Part shown: positions 48,101-58,514 of the stretch, piece after piece
How positions within the stretch are numbered: the first letter of the stretch is position 1
Layout: each line of letters starts with the position of its first letter
Origin: an uncultured Methanolobus sp.
Lineage (GTDB): Archaea; Halobacteriota; Methanosarcinia; Methanosarcinales; Methanosarcinaceae
Assembly (NCBI GenBank): GCA_963675495.1
Contig: OY776215.1
Span: 2,080,001-2,144,000, forward strand
Direction: 5' to 3'
Length of the DNA: 64,000 bases
Position numbers and translations under genes: made by a program
Notes under the pieces: model-generated
What the model saw: only the letters and a program-made list of their open reading frames with translations
The model's database searches: none
Told to the model about the DNA's origin: nothing

Positions 48101-49330
48101 ATGAAATATATACATTTTGTAATTATCTTCATTTGTATGCTTATCCTGTGTATTTCCCCTGTTTCGGGTATAAGGTCAGAAGCGATGATACATTATTCGG
48201 AACCCGCCGTAAGTGTGGAGGATGAGATTTTCCTGGAACAAGGTTACTCATTTAAAGTTGCGGATATGAATAGCAAAAGTGGTGACATCCTGATAGAACT
48301 GTATCTTGATGGGGAAGAGATCGAGCTGGATGATAATTTTGCAAAGGAAGATAATCCGCTTGAATATGTTCGTTCAATAGTTGAGGATGCAGATGATGAT
48401 GAAGTAAAAGAAGTTGATTACTTAATCCTCAGGATAACCCCGGAAGGTTCTGTGAAAAAGTCAGATGATGGGATATATTCTACCATTTACATTGAACAAT
48501 ATATTGATCCCGTGGAAGACGTTGACGATTATCTAATTTTGGACAAGAGTTATTCCTTAAACGATGATTCAGAGCTTGAATTGGCAGGTCTTTATACCCT
48601 TACGTCCACAGGTGTGGATGATGGTGAAGTATCTCTGGAACTCAGGCTTAGCGGGAAACTGGTGAAAGAGGATGAAGTTGAAGAAGGAGATTATTTCTAT
48701 TACACAGTTTATTCCAGCAAACAACCACGGACGATTTTCCTTGCAAATGTGAAGGCCTTTTTTGAGACTGATGATTCAATTACTGTTTTCCTCAAACATG
48801 TTTCATTGCAGCAGAACTCAATATCTGGTACTGATAGTGATGATGAGTACTCGGATGGGGTCGATATAAATGTCGAGTCTCCTGTTGATGGTGGATTAAA
48901 AGCCGGGCGTGTTGCTATTGTCAATTACTATGTCGATGAGTCCTTTCCAGAAGTTCGAATCATGGTTGACGGTGAACTTGTGGATTCCAGAAGATACGTA
49001 AACCCGGGAATTTATAAAACGGTAACTGACGAATTGGATTCAGGAGTGCATAAAGCTACACTTATGGCAATTGGTGAAGATGATGACATTTCATATTATT
49101 CAGAGGAATTTTCGGTTTCTGTCAACATAAAGGAGAATATTACCGAATCAATTATCGAAATGGCAAATTCAGCTACCGAAGGACTTGGAAATGATGATGG
49201 TTCTGATAATTCCACTGTGTTTTCCCTACCATCATTGCCTTCTAACTCCAGTATTTCAAGTATGCTGTCTCTAATTGTGACAGCAGGTGTATTTGTTGTG
49301 TTTCTAATGTTCTTTAACAAATTCATGTAA
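48101..49330 (+). CDS. Acidic surface protein with S-layer (DUF1608)-like domains
   Basis: Signal peptide, LEQGYSFKV...LIELYLDG repeat-like units, C-terminal TM anchor. Confidence 0.6.
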   Translation: MKYIHFVIIFICMLILCISPVSGIRSEAMIHYSEPAVSVEDEIFLEQGYSFKVADMNSKSGDILIELYLDGEEIELDDNFAKEDNPLEYVRSIVEDADDDEVKEVDYLILRITPEGSVKKSDDGIYSTIYIEQYIDPVEDVDDYLILDKSYSLNDDSELELAGLYTLTSTGVDDGEVSLELRLSGKLVKEDEVEEGDYFYYTVYSSKQPRTIFLANVKAFFETDDSITVFLKHVSLQQNSISGTDSDDEYSDGVDINVESPVDGGLKAGRVAIVNYYVDESFPEVRIMVDGELVDSRRYVNPGIYKTVTDELDSGVHKATLMAIGEDDDISYYSEEFSVSVNIKENITESIIEMANSATEGLGNDDGSDNSTVFSLPSLPSNSSISSMLSLIVTAGVFVVFLMFFNKFM

Positions 49331-49439
49331 TTTCTTTATTTTATCTGCCTTAGAAGCACGTTTGCTTTACTCATAATCTTTATATTAGTCTGTACTGTTT
49401 ATAGACAAAATTAGCTGACAAATTAAACGTGGTTGTATC

Positions 49440-50834
49440 ATGAGAATCGTAATGAAGTTCGGTGGAACTTCCGTGGAAAACGGCGAAAAGATCCGGCATG
49501 TGGCAGAGCTTTTAAGGCAATATCATATGGATGGCAATGAACTTGTAGCAGTGACCTCTGCGCTTGGTGGTGTTACAGACGGATTGCTGAACACTGCAAA
49601 AGAAGTATCTATAAATGGTAAAGTAAGCCAGGTCAAGGAATTTATTACCGATCTGTCCAAAAAGCATTATGATGCGATTAACGTTGCTATTGATAATGAT
49701 AAGATAAGGTCAGAATGTGTAGAGGTAATAGACAGCAGGGTGGATGAGCTGGAAAAGGCTTTGATCGGTATATGTTATCTTGGTGAACTGAGCAAACGTT
49801 CAATAGACTATATCTCTTCATATGGTGAACGTCTTGCAGTTCCTATTGTAAGCGGTTCTATTCGCTCACTTGGTACATTATCAAAAGCATTCACAGGTGG
49901 AGAAGCAGGTATCGTTACAGATTCCAATTATGGTGATGCAAAACCACTTGAAGATAGTTATTCTCAGGTACAAGAAAGACTTTGTCCTTTGCTTAAGGAT
50001 CACATCCCGGTGGTTACCGGTTTCATTGCCCAGAACAAACAGGATATCATTACCACTCTTGGACGTGGAGGTTCTGATTTCTCCGCATCAATTATAGGCG
50101 CTTCTATAAATGCGAATGAGATATGGCTTTGGAAAGAGGTTCATGGTATACTGACCACTGATCCTAGAATAGTTCCGGAGGCAAGCCCAATACCTCAGAT
50201 ATCATATATCGAGGCTATGGAACTTTCTTATTTCGGTGCCAAGGTTCTTCATCCGAGGACCATTGAACCTGCTATCAGGCATAAGATCCCTGTACGTGTG
50301 AAGAACACCTTTGAGCCGGATTTCCCGGGTACTTTGATCGTTGCAGAACAGCATCAGACACAGGATGTTGTCAAGGCGGTAACTCTCATTAATAAGGTTG
50401 CACTTATTAATATATGCGGAGCCGGAATGGTGGGCACAATCGGTACGGCAGCAAGAGTGTTTTCCGCACTTGCTAATGCAGGTGTCAATATTATTATGAT
50501 CAGCCAGGGTTCGTCTGAAGCTAACATGTCCCTGGTGGTCAATGAGGAGCATCTTGAGGCGGCAGTAGCAGCAATAAGGTCAGAATTCACGATAAATGTG
50601 GTGGGCGATGTTGCCTATGATCGTGATGTCTGTGTAGTTGCTGTTGTTGGTGCAGGAATGGATGGCATTCCAGGAGTTGCAGGAAAAGTATTCAATTCTC
50701 TTGGAAAATCCAGTATAAATATTATTATGATCAGTCAGGGCTCATCACAGCACAATATTTCCTTTGTAGTAAGCTCAAAGGAATCACTTGATGCTGTGCG
50801 AACATTACACAAAGAATTTGAACTTGATAAATAA
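49440..50834 (+). CDS. lysC: Aspartate kinase
   Basis: KFGGTSV, TTLGRGGSD, two ACT domains. Confidence 0.95.
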   Translation: MRIVMKFGGTSVENGEKIRHVAELLRQYHMDGNELVAVTSALGGVTDGLLNTAKEVSINGKVSQVKEFITDLSKKHYDAINVAIDNDKIRSECVEVIDSRVDELEKALIGICYLGELSKRSIDYISSYGERLAVPIVSGSIRSLGTLSKAFTGGEAGIVTDSNYGDAKPLEDSYSQVQERLCPLLKDHIPVVTGFIAQNKQDIITTLGRGGSDFSASIIGASINANEIWLWKEVHGILTTDPRIVPEASPIPQISYIEAMELSYFGAKVLHPRTIEPAIRHKIPVRVKNTFEPDFPGTLIVAEQHQTQDVVKAVTLINKVALINICGAGMVGTIGTAARVFSALANAGVNIIMISQGSSEANMSLVVNEEHLEAAVAAIRSEFTINVVGDVAYDRDVCVVAVVGAGMDGIPGVAGKVFNSLGKSSINIIMISQGSSQHNISFVVSSKESLDAVRTLHKEFELDK

Positions 50835-50848
50835 TGCAGGGATTTCAG

Positions 50849-51853
50849 ATGAACGATAAACACCTTACGTATGCAGACTCCGGAGTTGACATCGAAAAGG
50901 AAGAAGAGACTATCAAAGCACTCACAAAGGGTATGACTTACAAGCGTGAGGGTCTGGGTGCTCCTTTGACTGGTATAGGCCATTATGCAGGTCTTATAGA
51001 CTTTGGTGAGTATGCTCTCGCGCTTGCTACAGATGGTGTGGGTTCCAAGGTTCTCATAGCAAATGAGATGAAGCGGTGGAATACTGTAGGAATTGATTGT
51101 ATTGCAATGAATGTCAATGACCTGCTTGCCATAGGTGCCGAACCAATATCATTTGTTGATTATCTTGCCCTTGAAAAGCATGATGAGGACTTTGCAGCTC
51201 AGATCGGTGAAGGTCTGAGGCGGGGTGCAGAGATCTCACGCATGTCAATAGTTGGTGGTGAAACGGCTACTCTTCCAGATATTGTGAAAGGTTTTGACCT
51301 CGCAGGCACTTGTCTTGGAATGGTTAAAAAGGACGAGATAATCACAGGGGAGAAGGTCCAACTTGGGGATGCAATTGTTGGCATTCCAAGTGATGGTGTT
51401 CATAGTAACGGCTACACCCTTGCCAGAAAGATAGTTGACGAATCTTCTTATTCATATCAGGATGAGTTCCCTTATGATGCATCAATTACAGTGGGCGATG
51501 AGCTGCTGATTCCTACGCGTATCTACATGGAAGTCCTTGATGTAATTAAGGAATGCGACGTGCATGGTCTTGCGCATATAACGGGCAGCGGTCTGCTTAA
51601 ACTTAAACGTGTAACTGACCTTGGTTTTGATTTCACTGATCCAATAGAACCAAATTCGATTTTCAGGTTCCTTCAGGAAGAAGGTAATGTTGATGAACTT
51701 GAAATGTACAGGACATTCAATATGGGAATGGGATTTGTGATCATACTTCCTCTTGATCAGGCAGAAAAAGCTGCCGGTATGACCGGCGGTAAAATTGTAG
51801 GTCGCATCGTGGAAAAAGGTATAAAGACCGGCGACCTTGTAATTGTTGAATAA
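50849..51853 (+). CDS. purM: Phosphoribosylformylglycinamidine cyclo-ligase
   Basis: TYADSGVD, TDGVGSK, GGETA, HSNGY, TFNMG. Confidence 0.96.
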   Translation: MNDKHLTYADSGVDIEKEEETIKALTKGMTYKREGLGAPLTGIGHYAGLIDFGEYALALATDGVGSKVLIANEMKRWNTVGIDCIAMNVNDLLAIGAEPISFVDYLALEKHDEDFAAQIGEGLRRGAEISRMSIVGGETATLPDIVKGFDLAGTCLGMVKKDEIITGEKVQLGDAIVGIPSDGVHSNGYTLARKIVDESSYSYQDEFPYDASITVGDELLIPTRIYMEVLDVIKECDVHGLAHITGSGLLKLKRVTDLGFDFTDPIEPNSIFRFLQEEGNVDELEMYRTFNMGMGFVIILPLDQAEKAAGMTGGKIVGRIVEKGIKTGDLVIVE

Positions 51854-51869
51854 TCTATAAGGTATTATC

Positions 51870-52148
51870 ATGGCTTGTATCAATGACATTCCCTTTGAGA
51901 TTCTCTTAAAGGGAGCTACTCCGGCTCAGTGCGATGAACTGATCCAGGAAAAGTCCGATAAGGTGTATCACGTTGCCGGTGGTTACCGGTTGCGTGGTGT
52001 AGCTCTTATGGGGGACAACGTTCCTGTAGGTGTGAAAGAGGATGAGGTATTCTTCCAGTTCATCAAGCCATGTTTTGGGCTTTTTGTACTCAGAGTCCCA
52101 GATGCTTCAGATATTGTAGAGCAGCTTGAAAAAGACTTTAAAAAATAG
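51870..52148 (+). CDS. DUF1894-like small methanogen protein
   Basis: MACI start and FIKPCFG motif. Confidence 0.65.
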   Translation: MACINDIPFEILLKGATPAQCDELIQEKSDKVYHVAGGYRLRGVALMGDNVPVGVKEDEVFFQFIKPCFGLFVLRVPDASDIVEQLEKDFKK

Positions 52149-52718
52149 CTACAATTTGCTTTTTTTTGCAGTTTCATTGATCCACTTAAGGAATTTTCCT
52201 GAAGGGAATTCGTGAATGGTTGTGGCAATGATCTTACCATCTCCTAATTGTTTTACAACCATTAGTGGATTTCCTGTTTCATCACTGAATAATATTTCAT
52301 CATCTGTTTTTGAAAAAAATCCATCGAACTCAATTTCTGTACAGGTGTCTTCGACAAGGCACTGTGCTTCATGGTCTTTTGTTTTGCAGACGGGGGTTAC
52401 TTGCTGTTGTTGCTGTACGTATTCGAGCTCCATTGGGAGCCAGTCGTATTTGTAATGGGGAACTAGTGGGCTGAATATAACGAGGTTGCCACCACTGCGT
52501 ACAAATTTCTCAAAGCTTTTAGCGTTCCTTTCAATTCCTGGCAAGATATTCGTGTATTCCTTATTCGCAAAACCGGTTGGGATAACCACACATTTGCATG
52601 CCGGGGTAAAAGGTGTGCCAATTGATTCAGATACAATTCTCTGGCATTTTATGTCATGCTCTTTGAACAGTTTTTCGAATAACAAAGGATTATCCCATAT
52701 CAGCATTGTTTCGACCAT
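52149..52718 (-). CDS. Hypothetical protein, class-I GATase-like fold
   Basis: IPTGFAN, FVRSGGNL, GDGKIIATTIHE. Confidence 0.55.
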   Translation of the reverse strand: MVETMLIWDNPLLFEKLFKEHDIKCQRIVSESIGTPFTPACKCVVIPTGFANKEYTNILPGIERNAKSFEKFVRSGGNLVIFSPLVPHYKYDWLPMELEYVQQQQQVTPVCKTKDHEAQCLVEDTCTEIEFDGFFSKTDDEILFSDETGNPLMVVKQLGDGKIIATTIHEFPSGKFLKWINETAKKSKL

Positions 52719-52934
52719 GCTAGGTGATAGTATTTGTTGCTTTAATTCTTTTACTCTTGGAAATGCTACGCTTATTAGTGATGATTCCTGTTTTGTTCCT
52801 CAACATTGCTAAAGAGTCATGCATTCCCGCCTATAATTATATGTGTGTATGTGAATTGTAGATATGCATTGCTAAGCAGGATGGGGTGCTGGATTTAAAA
52901 TGAAACCTGCGGTTCCTTACTAAATCGTTAATAA

Positions 52935-52966
52935 ATAAAAAAAGAAAGCTGGTTTTAAACCAGCTT
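52935..52966 (-). terminator. mtr operon terminator
   Basis: AAGCTGGTTT-T-AAACCAGCTT inverted repeat spanning the mtrH stop, followed by a T-run on the minus strand. Confidence 0.65.
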
Positions 52967-53911
52967 GTTGATTGGGTGGTTCTCGTCCATGATGTCAAGG
53001 CCGAGTTCCTTTGCAGTCTCTGCAAGCATAATGTCAACCATTGCTGTTGCAGGGAATACTTTTGAAGTGTTCTCGATAGGTCCGAAAAGCTGGAAGTTTG
53101 AACCGAGTATCTGTGGTACAAGGTTTGTTCCGATATCAGCTGGCATGTAGATTGCCTGCCTCTCTTCTTTTGTCTCGAACTGCTTTTTGTAAGTCTTCAT
53201 CCAGTCCCATGCAGATGCCATATTATGGTATCCACCACCAACAGGGAGTCCAAGGTGGCCCTTAACAGCAATTACTGCTCTTATGGATGCACCGGAACCT
53301 GCGCCAAGTGGTGTTGCTGCTACATCGATCAATGGTTTTGTGATTCCACATTCCTTTGCGATCTCAAGCATACCTTTTTCCTGACCTGTACCGCCGCTCT
53401 CAAGGATCTCAAGTTTTCCTTTTACGCTTGGGTCGGTTGCATTGAATGCAAGGACAATGGAAGCATTGATGTCGCTGTCCCTGATTGCCTCGATCTCATC
53501 AGCATGAACACTGGCGTTGATGGAGTTGTAGATCGCTCTGTCAGCTACACCAATTTCTGTCACATAGGCTGCTGCAGCTGCACGTACGTCACCTGCAGAT
53601 GAGTCGATAAGGAATGGTGTCTTTTCATCGACTTCAATGAACCAGTCGATATATTTCTTGATTGCTTCCGGTGTTTCTCCCACAATCTGGTTTACTATTG
53701 GGTTACCAGTGACCTGTCCCATGTCAACCATTGACTGCCATAACTTGTTTGCAGCCTCTACATCGAAGACGCCCTTGTCTTCATCAGTCACGATCTTGTG
53801 CCTGTTGTAGAACATTGTTCCTATGAGTACTGTAGGGTATTGACCTGGCTGGCCACCGAACTTGACTCCGCCAACATCGAATACTTCTTGCTTCTTGTCA
53901 AATTTGAACAT
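52955..53911 (-). CDS. mtrH: Methyl-H4MPT:CoM methyltransferase subunit H
   Basis: MFKFDKKQ, GGQPGQYPT, HNMASAWDW. Confidence 0.97.
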   Translation of the reverse strand: MFKFDKKQEVFDVGGVKFGGQPGQYPTVLIGTMFYNRHKIVTDEDKGVFDVEAANKLWQSMVDMGQVTGNPIVNQIVGETPEAIKKYIDWFIEVDEKTPFLIDSSAGDVRAAAAAYVTEIGVADRAIYNSINASVHADEIEAIRDSDINASIVLAFNATDPSVKGKLEILESGGTGQEKGMLEIAKECGITKPLIDVAATPLGAGSGASIRAVIAVKGHLGLPVGGGYHNMASAWDWMKTYKKQFETKEERQAIYMPADIGTNLVPQILGSNFQLFGPIENTSKVFPATAMVDIMLAETAKELGLDIMDENHPINKLV

Positions 53912-53929
53912 ATGAATAACCTCTTTGTT

Positions 53930-54163
53930 TTAAATACCGAGCATAGGCGCAAGGAACAGAACATAAAGCAGGAATATGATTATTCCAACAACAGCTCCGT
54001 ATAATATTCCTATGTCTCTTCCTACTTTCTTTCCAATACGTTGTGCTACTTCACTGTTAACAAACTCGACCTTCTCATCTATCAGGTTGAGTTTCTCAAG
54101 TACTGCGTTGAAGTCTTCCGGGTTTGTAACTACGCTTGGTACCCTGTCGCTATTGTCTGACAT
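53930..54163 (-). CDS. mtrG: Mtr subunit G
   Basis: EKVEFVNSE, GKKVGRDIGILYG. Confidence 0.96.
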   Translation of the reverse strand: MSDNSDRVPSVVTNPEDFNAVLEKLNLIDEKVEFVNSEVAQRIGKKVGRDIGILYGAVVGIIIFLLYVLFLAPMLGI

Positions 54164-54164
54164 T

Positions 54165-54395
54165 TTACATCACCTTCCAGACGAACATAGGTATTATTAC
54201 TACCATTACAAGCGCAAATACGAATCCTGCTAGAAAACCAGATACGCCTGTTGCAGATACTCCTGAATCGAGTTTCTGGTTCCTTGCAATAAGCTGAGCT
54301 CTGTAACGGATATCCTCAACTACGGTTTCAATGGGTCCCATCTGTGGGTTTATGACCATTGGTACGCCTTTTCCATATTCTTGTTCTTCTGCCAT
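54165..54395 (-). CDS. mtrF: Mtr subunit F
   Basis: [20 protein letters not shown]; ATG at 54395 after GGAGG. Confidence 0.95.
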   Translation of the reverse strand: MAEEQEYGKGVPMVINPQMGPIETVVEDIRYRAQLIARNQKLDSGVSATGVSGFLAGFVFALVMVVIIPMFVWKVM

Positions 54396-54396
54396 A

Positions 54397-55125
54397 TCAG
54401 TTACCTCCGAACAGCAGCATTCCAAGGAGTGCTAATGTGATTGAAAGGCCTATCATTGCGCCTTCTACCTTACCAGCGTGTATACCGGAGTGGAACTTGT
54501 TGAGGTTACCGATTGCCATCATTTCCTTATTGATGCTCAGTATCCTGCTTCTGACGGTTGCAATTTCAGCTGCCATTGGCTTAAGTCCGCCAGTTTCCTC
54601 GCCTTCGTCACCTGCTCCGTCTCCTATTTCAAGTACCATTGGGTCTGCATCGAAAGCTCCGGGATCTTTTGCTGCACATTCTTTGATCTTTGCAACAATG
54701 GCATCCATGTCCTCAGTGCCGATGAGGTCGATACATTCGACCTGCTGCTGGAATCTCTCTATTGCTTCTTCTGATAGGTTCTCTACATAAGGGATTGCAC
54801 CACTTGCACCCACGATCCTGTTGTCTTTAACACCATTTTCGTGGATCTTGATGATTGCTTCACCTGTAATGTGGCCCTTTACTTCAGATCCTGTTACAAT
54901 GAGGAATCTGATGTTTGGGTTTGATATTACATGTGTAACTACTTTTTCAAGACCAAGATTTTCGGTCTTACATGGGCCTGTCAGACATGCACCTGCATCC
55001 AACTGTGGGCCAGCTGCAAGATGTGAACCACATGTTGCGACTGCAACACAGTTATTTACATCTCCAACATCGTATTCACCTTTAAGAATTGGCCATCCGA
55101 CTGCGGGTTCTTTTTTATCTACCAT
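54397..55125 (-). CDS. mtrA: Mtr subunit A (corrinoid protein)
   Basis: [19 protein letters not shown]. Confidence 0.97.
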   Translation of the reverse strand: MVDKKEPAVGWPILKGEYDVGDVNNCVAVATCGSHLAAGPQLDAGACLTGPCKTENLGLEKVVTHVISNPNIRFLIVTGSEVKGHITGEAIIKIHENGVKDNRIVGASGAIPYVENLSEEAIERFQQQVECIDLIGTEDMDAIVAKIKECAAKDPGAFDADPMVLEIGDGAGDEGEETGGLKPMAAEIATVRSRILSINKEMMAIGNLNKFHSGIHAGKVEGAMIGLSITLALLGMLLFGGN

Positions 55126-55126
55126 T

Positions 55127-55441
55127 TCACATCACTCCTAATGCGCCCATAACCAGAAGCATAAGTCCTGCAACTCCCAGACCGACTATTACACCATAGA
55201 AGGTGTTGCCGTAGAAACCTGCATTGTATGCTGTTTGTTCACGTCCTGGGAATGAGTTCATCAATTCTTTGCTTGGTGACAGGGAGTTGATGAGGTCATC
55301 AGCTATTTTGTCAAGTTCGTCAAGCTGTGCCATGATAGGATCCATTGAATAAGCAATTATATCCTCTCTCTCTGCTGCAAGAAGGGATGTAAGTGGATCC
55401 AGTACAAGATGTGCCTCTGGGGCTACGTGTACCATGCTCAT
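55127..55441 (-). CDS. mtrB: Mtr subunit B
   Basis: [26 protein letters not shown]. Confidence 0.95.
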   Translation of the reverse strand: MSMVHVAPEAHLVLDPLTSLLAAEREDIIAYSMDPIMAQLDELDKIADDLINSLSPSKELMNSFPGREQTAYNAGFYGNTFYGVIVGLGVAGLMLLVMGALGVM

Positions 55442-56247
55442 TCTAATTCCTCCTTTGTAGGCAACTGGCCAGTGCCAATTACTACATATGCATCTCTCTT
55501 TACACGCTCATAGTAACCGCTGAATCCTATGTACCATAGTGCGAGTCCTATAAGGATAGTGAGTGAGCCGGATGCTCCTTCGTTTATGCTTGCAACTATT
55601 CCTGCAACTACCATTGCCAATGCACCTTTTTCTAACCCAATTATGAGTGTCCTGTCCTGTTTCTCGTCAGGTCCCAGATTTGCATTGAATGGGTGAAGTA
55701 TGGCAAGTCCTCCTGCTATGAAGATAACTGCAATATATCCGGTACTGATGACCTGCTTAAGTACTACTGCAAAGTCAAATGTTCCGGTCATTGCGATAGC
55801 AAGACCAATGATGGTAATTGTACCAGCTGTTGCGATTTCTGTCATGGATATTTCCATGATAGGGATGCCCATATTGAGTATCTTGTTTGCAAGAACTCCT
55901 ATAAGAAGGCCAAAAAGTGCTGCTGTTATAAGTGCGATTATTGGTCCGGCAACGCCTCCGACTGAAAGTCCGAATGTTGCTGCAAGTATACCCATACCAA
56001 GTGCAAGGACACCGATCGATGGTACACCAGTACCAAGTCCGTAGCTTGCTACTCTTCTAACAGCTGCAGCGCCCCAGATCATACCGCATAGTGCGGCAAG
56101 TGCACCGATAAAGGACATATACTGTCCAACCATGCCCACAAGGAAATATGCTGCATATATTCCGATAATTCCGCCTGCAACGCCAAAGGCTATGATCTTA
56201 TTCTGTGGGATTGCTTCTGCGGCTGCTCCGCTTCCTCCTGCTGACAT
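55438..56247 (-). CDS. mtrC: Mtr subunit C
   Basis: [26 protein letters not shown]. Confidence 0.96.
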   Translation of the reverse strand: MSAGGSGAAAEAIPQNKIIAFGVAGGIIGIYAAYFLVGMVGQYMSFIGALAALCGMIWGAAAVRRVASYGLGTGVPSIGVLALGMGILAATFGLSVGGVAGPIIALITAALFGLLIGVLANKILNMGIPIMEISMTEIATAGTITIIGLAIAMTGTFDFAVVLKQVISTGYIAVIFIAGGLAILHPFNANLGPDEKQDRTLIIGLEKGALAMVVAGIVASINEGASGSLTILIGLALWYIGFSGYYERVKRDAYVVIGTGQLPTKEELE

Positions 56248-56967
56248 TTACAGACCTCCTATGGACAACACAGCGAGAATTGCGCAAACGAATGTTGCTA
56301 TCAATGATGAGATCACTGCCTTTGGGAATCTCTTGAATTTAGGGTCGTGGAAACCTTCGATGGTTCCTCCAATGTTATAGGATGGTATTACTGCGTTAAC
56401 GAAGAATATACCTACTGCGAAAACACTAGCCATACCTACAAGGTCTACAAGAGGAAGTCCGTTATCAATGCTCATAAGGGAGTAGTATATAGCTGCACCG
56501 CCAATTCCACCGAGTGCACCACCAATTACACCACTTACAAATGATACTGTTGGAAGTCCGTGTCCCTCAGTTCCTTGTGAAACATAGAGATCCTGTCTGT
56601 CCTTTGTAATTGGATCGTACTTGACCTTTGCTGATGCAGGTGGGCAACCAACACCGTATGTGTATACCCATGTTCCTACGATCATTGTTACGGACATCAT
56701 TATCATTGCACCGACCGCGCCGGATGCAAGAATAAGTCCCATATTATCTGTTACCTGCATCATGGCGCCTGCTGTTACAAGACCTGTAAGACCTGCACCA
56801 GCTGCAAGCTGAACAGTACCTGTACCGATACCTGTTGCCTGTGCCATAGCTGCCGGAGCACCACCGACGGGTACGAAGTGAACGCTCCATGAAATAAGTG
56901 CTCCACCAAGTGTAATGAGAAGCACATAGAGTATGTTACTCATCAAAATGCCTGCTATATCGATCAT
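56248..56967 (-). CDS. mtrD: Mtr subunit D
   Basis: HFVPVGGAPAAMA, GGTIEGFHDPKF. Confidence 0.96.
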   Translation of the reverse strand: MIDIAGILMSNILYVLLITLGGALISWSVHFVPVGGAPAAMAQATGIGTGTVQLAAGAGLTGLVTAGAMMQVTDNMGLILASGAVGAMIMMSVTMIVGTWVYTYGVGCPPASAKVKYDPITKDRQDLYVSQGTEGHGLPTVSFVSGVIGGALGGIGGAAIYYSLMSIDNGLPLVDLVGMASVFAVGIFFVNAVIPSYNIGGTIEGFHDPKFKRFPKAVISSLIATFVCAILAVLSIGGL

Positions 56968-57878
56968 GCTGCTACCTCTGCATCTACTTCATCTTCTTTA
57001 TATGTTCCATATGCAGCGCGTGCAGCAACTTCAATATTCCTGTTCCATAATATCAGAACAAGTACAATAATCACACCTGCTATGACTGAAACCCAGCCAA
57101 TAGCGTCTCCCTTTGTCGGGTCGAAAAGAGCTGTAACCCAACCACTGAGAAACACGGTCATACCAAAAGCCAGACCTGTGACAGGTCCACCGAATTTTGC
57201 ACAGAACCATGAATTGTCGATACCATTTCTCAGACCTGATTCTGCTTTTCTCACGATGTTACCTGAGTTTGCAGCATTAAGACCTGATCCGTATTCGACG
57301 TTCTGGAATTCACGTTCTGCACCGTAATGTACGTCACCGGTTGATGAACCGATTGCACCTACAGTGATTCCCCAAATGAATGCCAAAAGTGGCAGTGAGA
57401 AGGGGTGTGCCAGTACAGATACCATAAGATATGATACCACAAGTATACAGAATGTTGTGATAAAGGAATATCCCATGATTACGGGTGTGTGACTTCTAAC
57501 CAAATCAAGATAAACTGGTTGTTTAAAACGTTTCTGACTTGCTGATCTGCCGAAATATGCGGTTACTGAATAAGTACCATGTATTGCTGCAGCGATAACT
57601 GATCCAATGACTAACGCCAGTATCGGGGATGCACCAGTACTAATCATAACGGATGCTACTGTTCCACCAATTGCACACATGAGCGCGTTTGAAGGTGGTT
57701 CACCAGAAATAGCTTTACTATAGATTCTGTGTGGATACATCATCTGGGGTGCTAACTGCACTTGTGAGTTCGGGTTACTTTGTGACCCAACATCTGATTC
57801 AAGGTCCTCAGAGGCACCTGCAATAGTTGCAGCTGCTCCCATAAGTGCGAGTACACCCATACCTGTGAGCGGTTCCAT
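56964..57878 (-). CDS. mtrE: Mtr subunit E
   Basis: EDLESDVGSQSNPNSQVQLAPQM, GDVHYGAE. Confidence 0.97.
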   Translation of the reverse strand: MEPLTGMGVLALMGAAATIAGASEDLESDVGSQSNPNSQVQLAPQMMYPHRIYSKAISGEPPSNALMCAIGGTVASVMISTGASPILALVIGSVIAAAIHGTYSVTAYFGRSASQKRFKQPVYLDLVRSHTPVIMGYSFITTFCILVVSYLMVSVLAHPFSLPLLAFIWGITVGAIGSSTGDVHYGAEREFQNVEYGSGLNAANSGNIVRKAESGLRNGIDNSWFCAKFGGPVTGLAFGMTVFLSGWVTALFDPTKGDAIGWVSVIAGVIIVLVLILWNRNIEVAARAAYGTYKEDEVDAEVAA

Positions 57879-58127
57879 TCACATTTCCTCCTTTTATATT
57901 TGTATTAAGTAAATTGTGCCAAAATTACAATAATTGTTTTTAAAGATTCTATTATAATTGCTATGGCGTAAACTAACGTAAGGTGGATTGCATTATATTA
58001 AATACTTCTTAAATCTTTCGTATGGAATCGATTAAAAAAGGGTCTTTTATGGAGGGTGCCATAAAAAAAATTGAACAGCAGCCAACGGTATAAATATATA
58101 TTTAAATTTATGTGAAGTGACTGCTTT

Positions 58128-58514
58128 TTAATCCCGGCGTGTAAAGTTAAGTATATATATGTCAGGCCTTGGTCTTTTGCCAGTACCGCGGGCAAAATCC
58201 ATGTAACACCTATTGCAAAGTACACGACTGTTAAGTGAAGCTATTTCAGCTGTACCCGGCACAAGCCTTGCAAAAAGAAAAGAAGGTTCAATTTCTAGGT
58301 TCTCTGATGTCTTTTTTAGGTATTCGTTGATATGTTCCTCAAATATTTCTAGGTCATCATATTGTAATCCCCTGGTGTTTATGGTAGTTCCTTTGCATCC
58401 GCAGGGGAGGGCAAAAGCATCCATTTCTATAATGAAAACCGGTTTTGCCAGCAGGTTTCTCAGTTTTGTCTCAAGATCACCGCGGTTCTTTGCTAATGTT
58501 TCTGTAATCGTCAT
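58128..58514 (-). CDS. Cys-rich hypothetical protein (CGC...CxxC; DUF5402-like)
   Basis: LPCGC and LCNRC; start overlaps the U32 stop (TAATG) after GGAGG. Confidence 0.7.
   Translation of the reverse strand: MTITETLAKNRGDLETKLRNLLAKPVFIIEMDAFALPCGCKGTTINTRGLQYDDLEIFEEHINEYLKKTSENLEIEPSFLFARLVPGTAEIASLNSRVLCNRCYMDFARGTGKRPRPDIYILNFTRRD

Noticed and set aside
46793-50834. apgM near aspartate kinase as a homoserine-kinase-like link
   Set aside because: Genes are divergent and separated by a surface-protein gene; nothing in the sequence distinguishes ApgM from an ordinary mutase
52720-52806. 28-aa basic minus-strand uORF ending 1 nt before the GATase-like gene
   Set aside because: No clear RBS; its TAG is out of frame with the downstream gene so it is not a pyrrolysine readthrough; could be chance
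52778-52815. GTGATGA possible second C box
   Set aside because: No correctly spaced CTGA D/D' boxes or terminal stem
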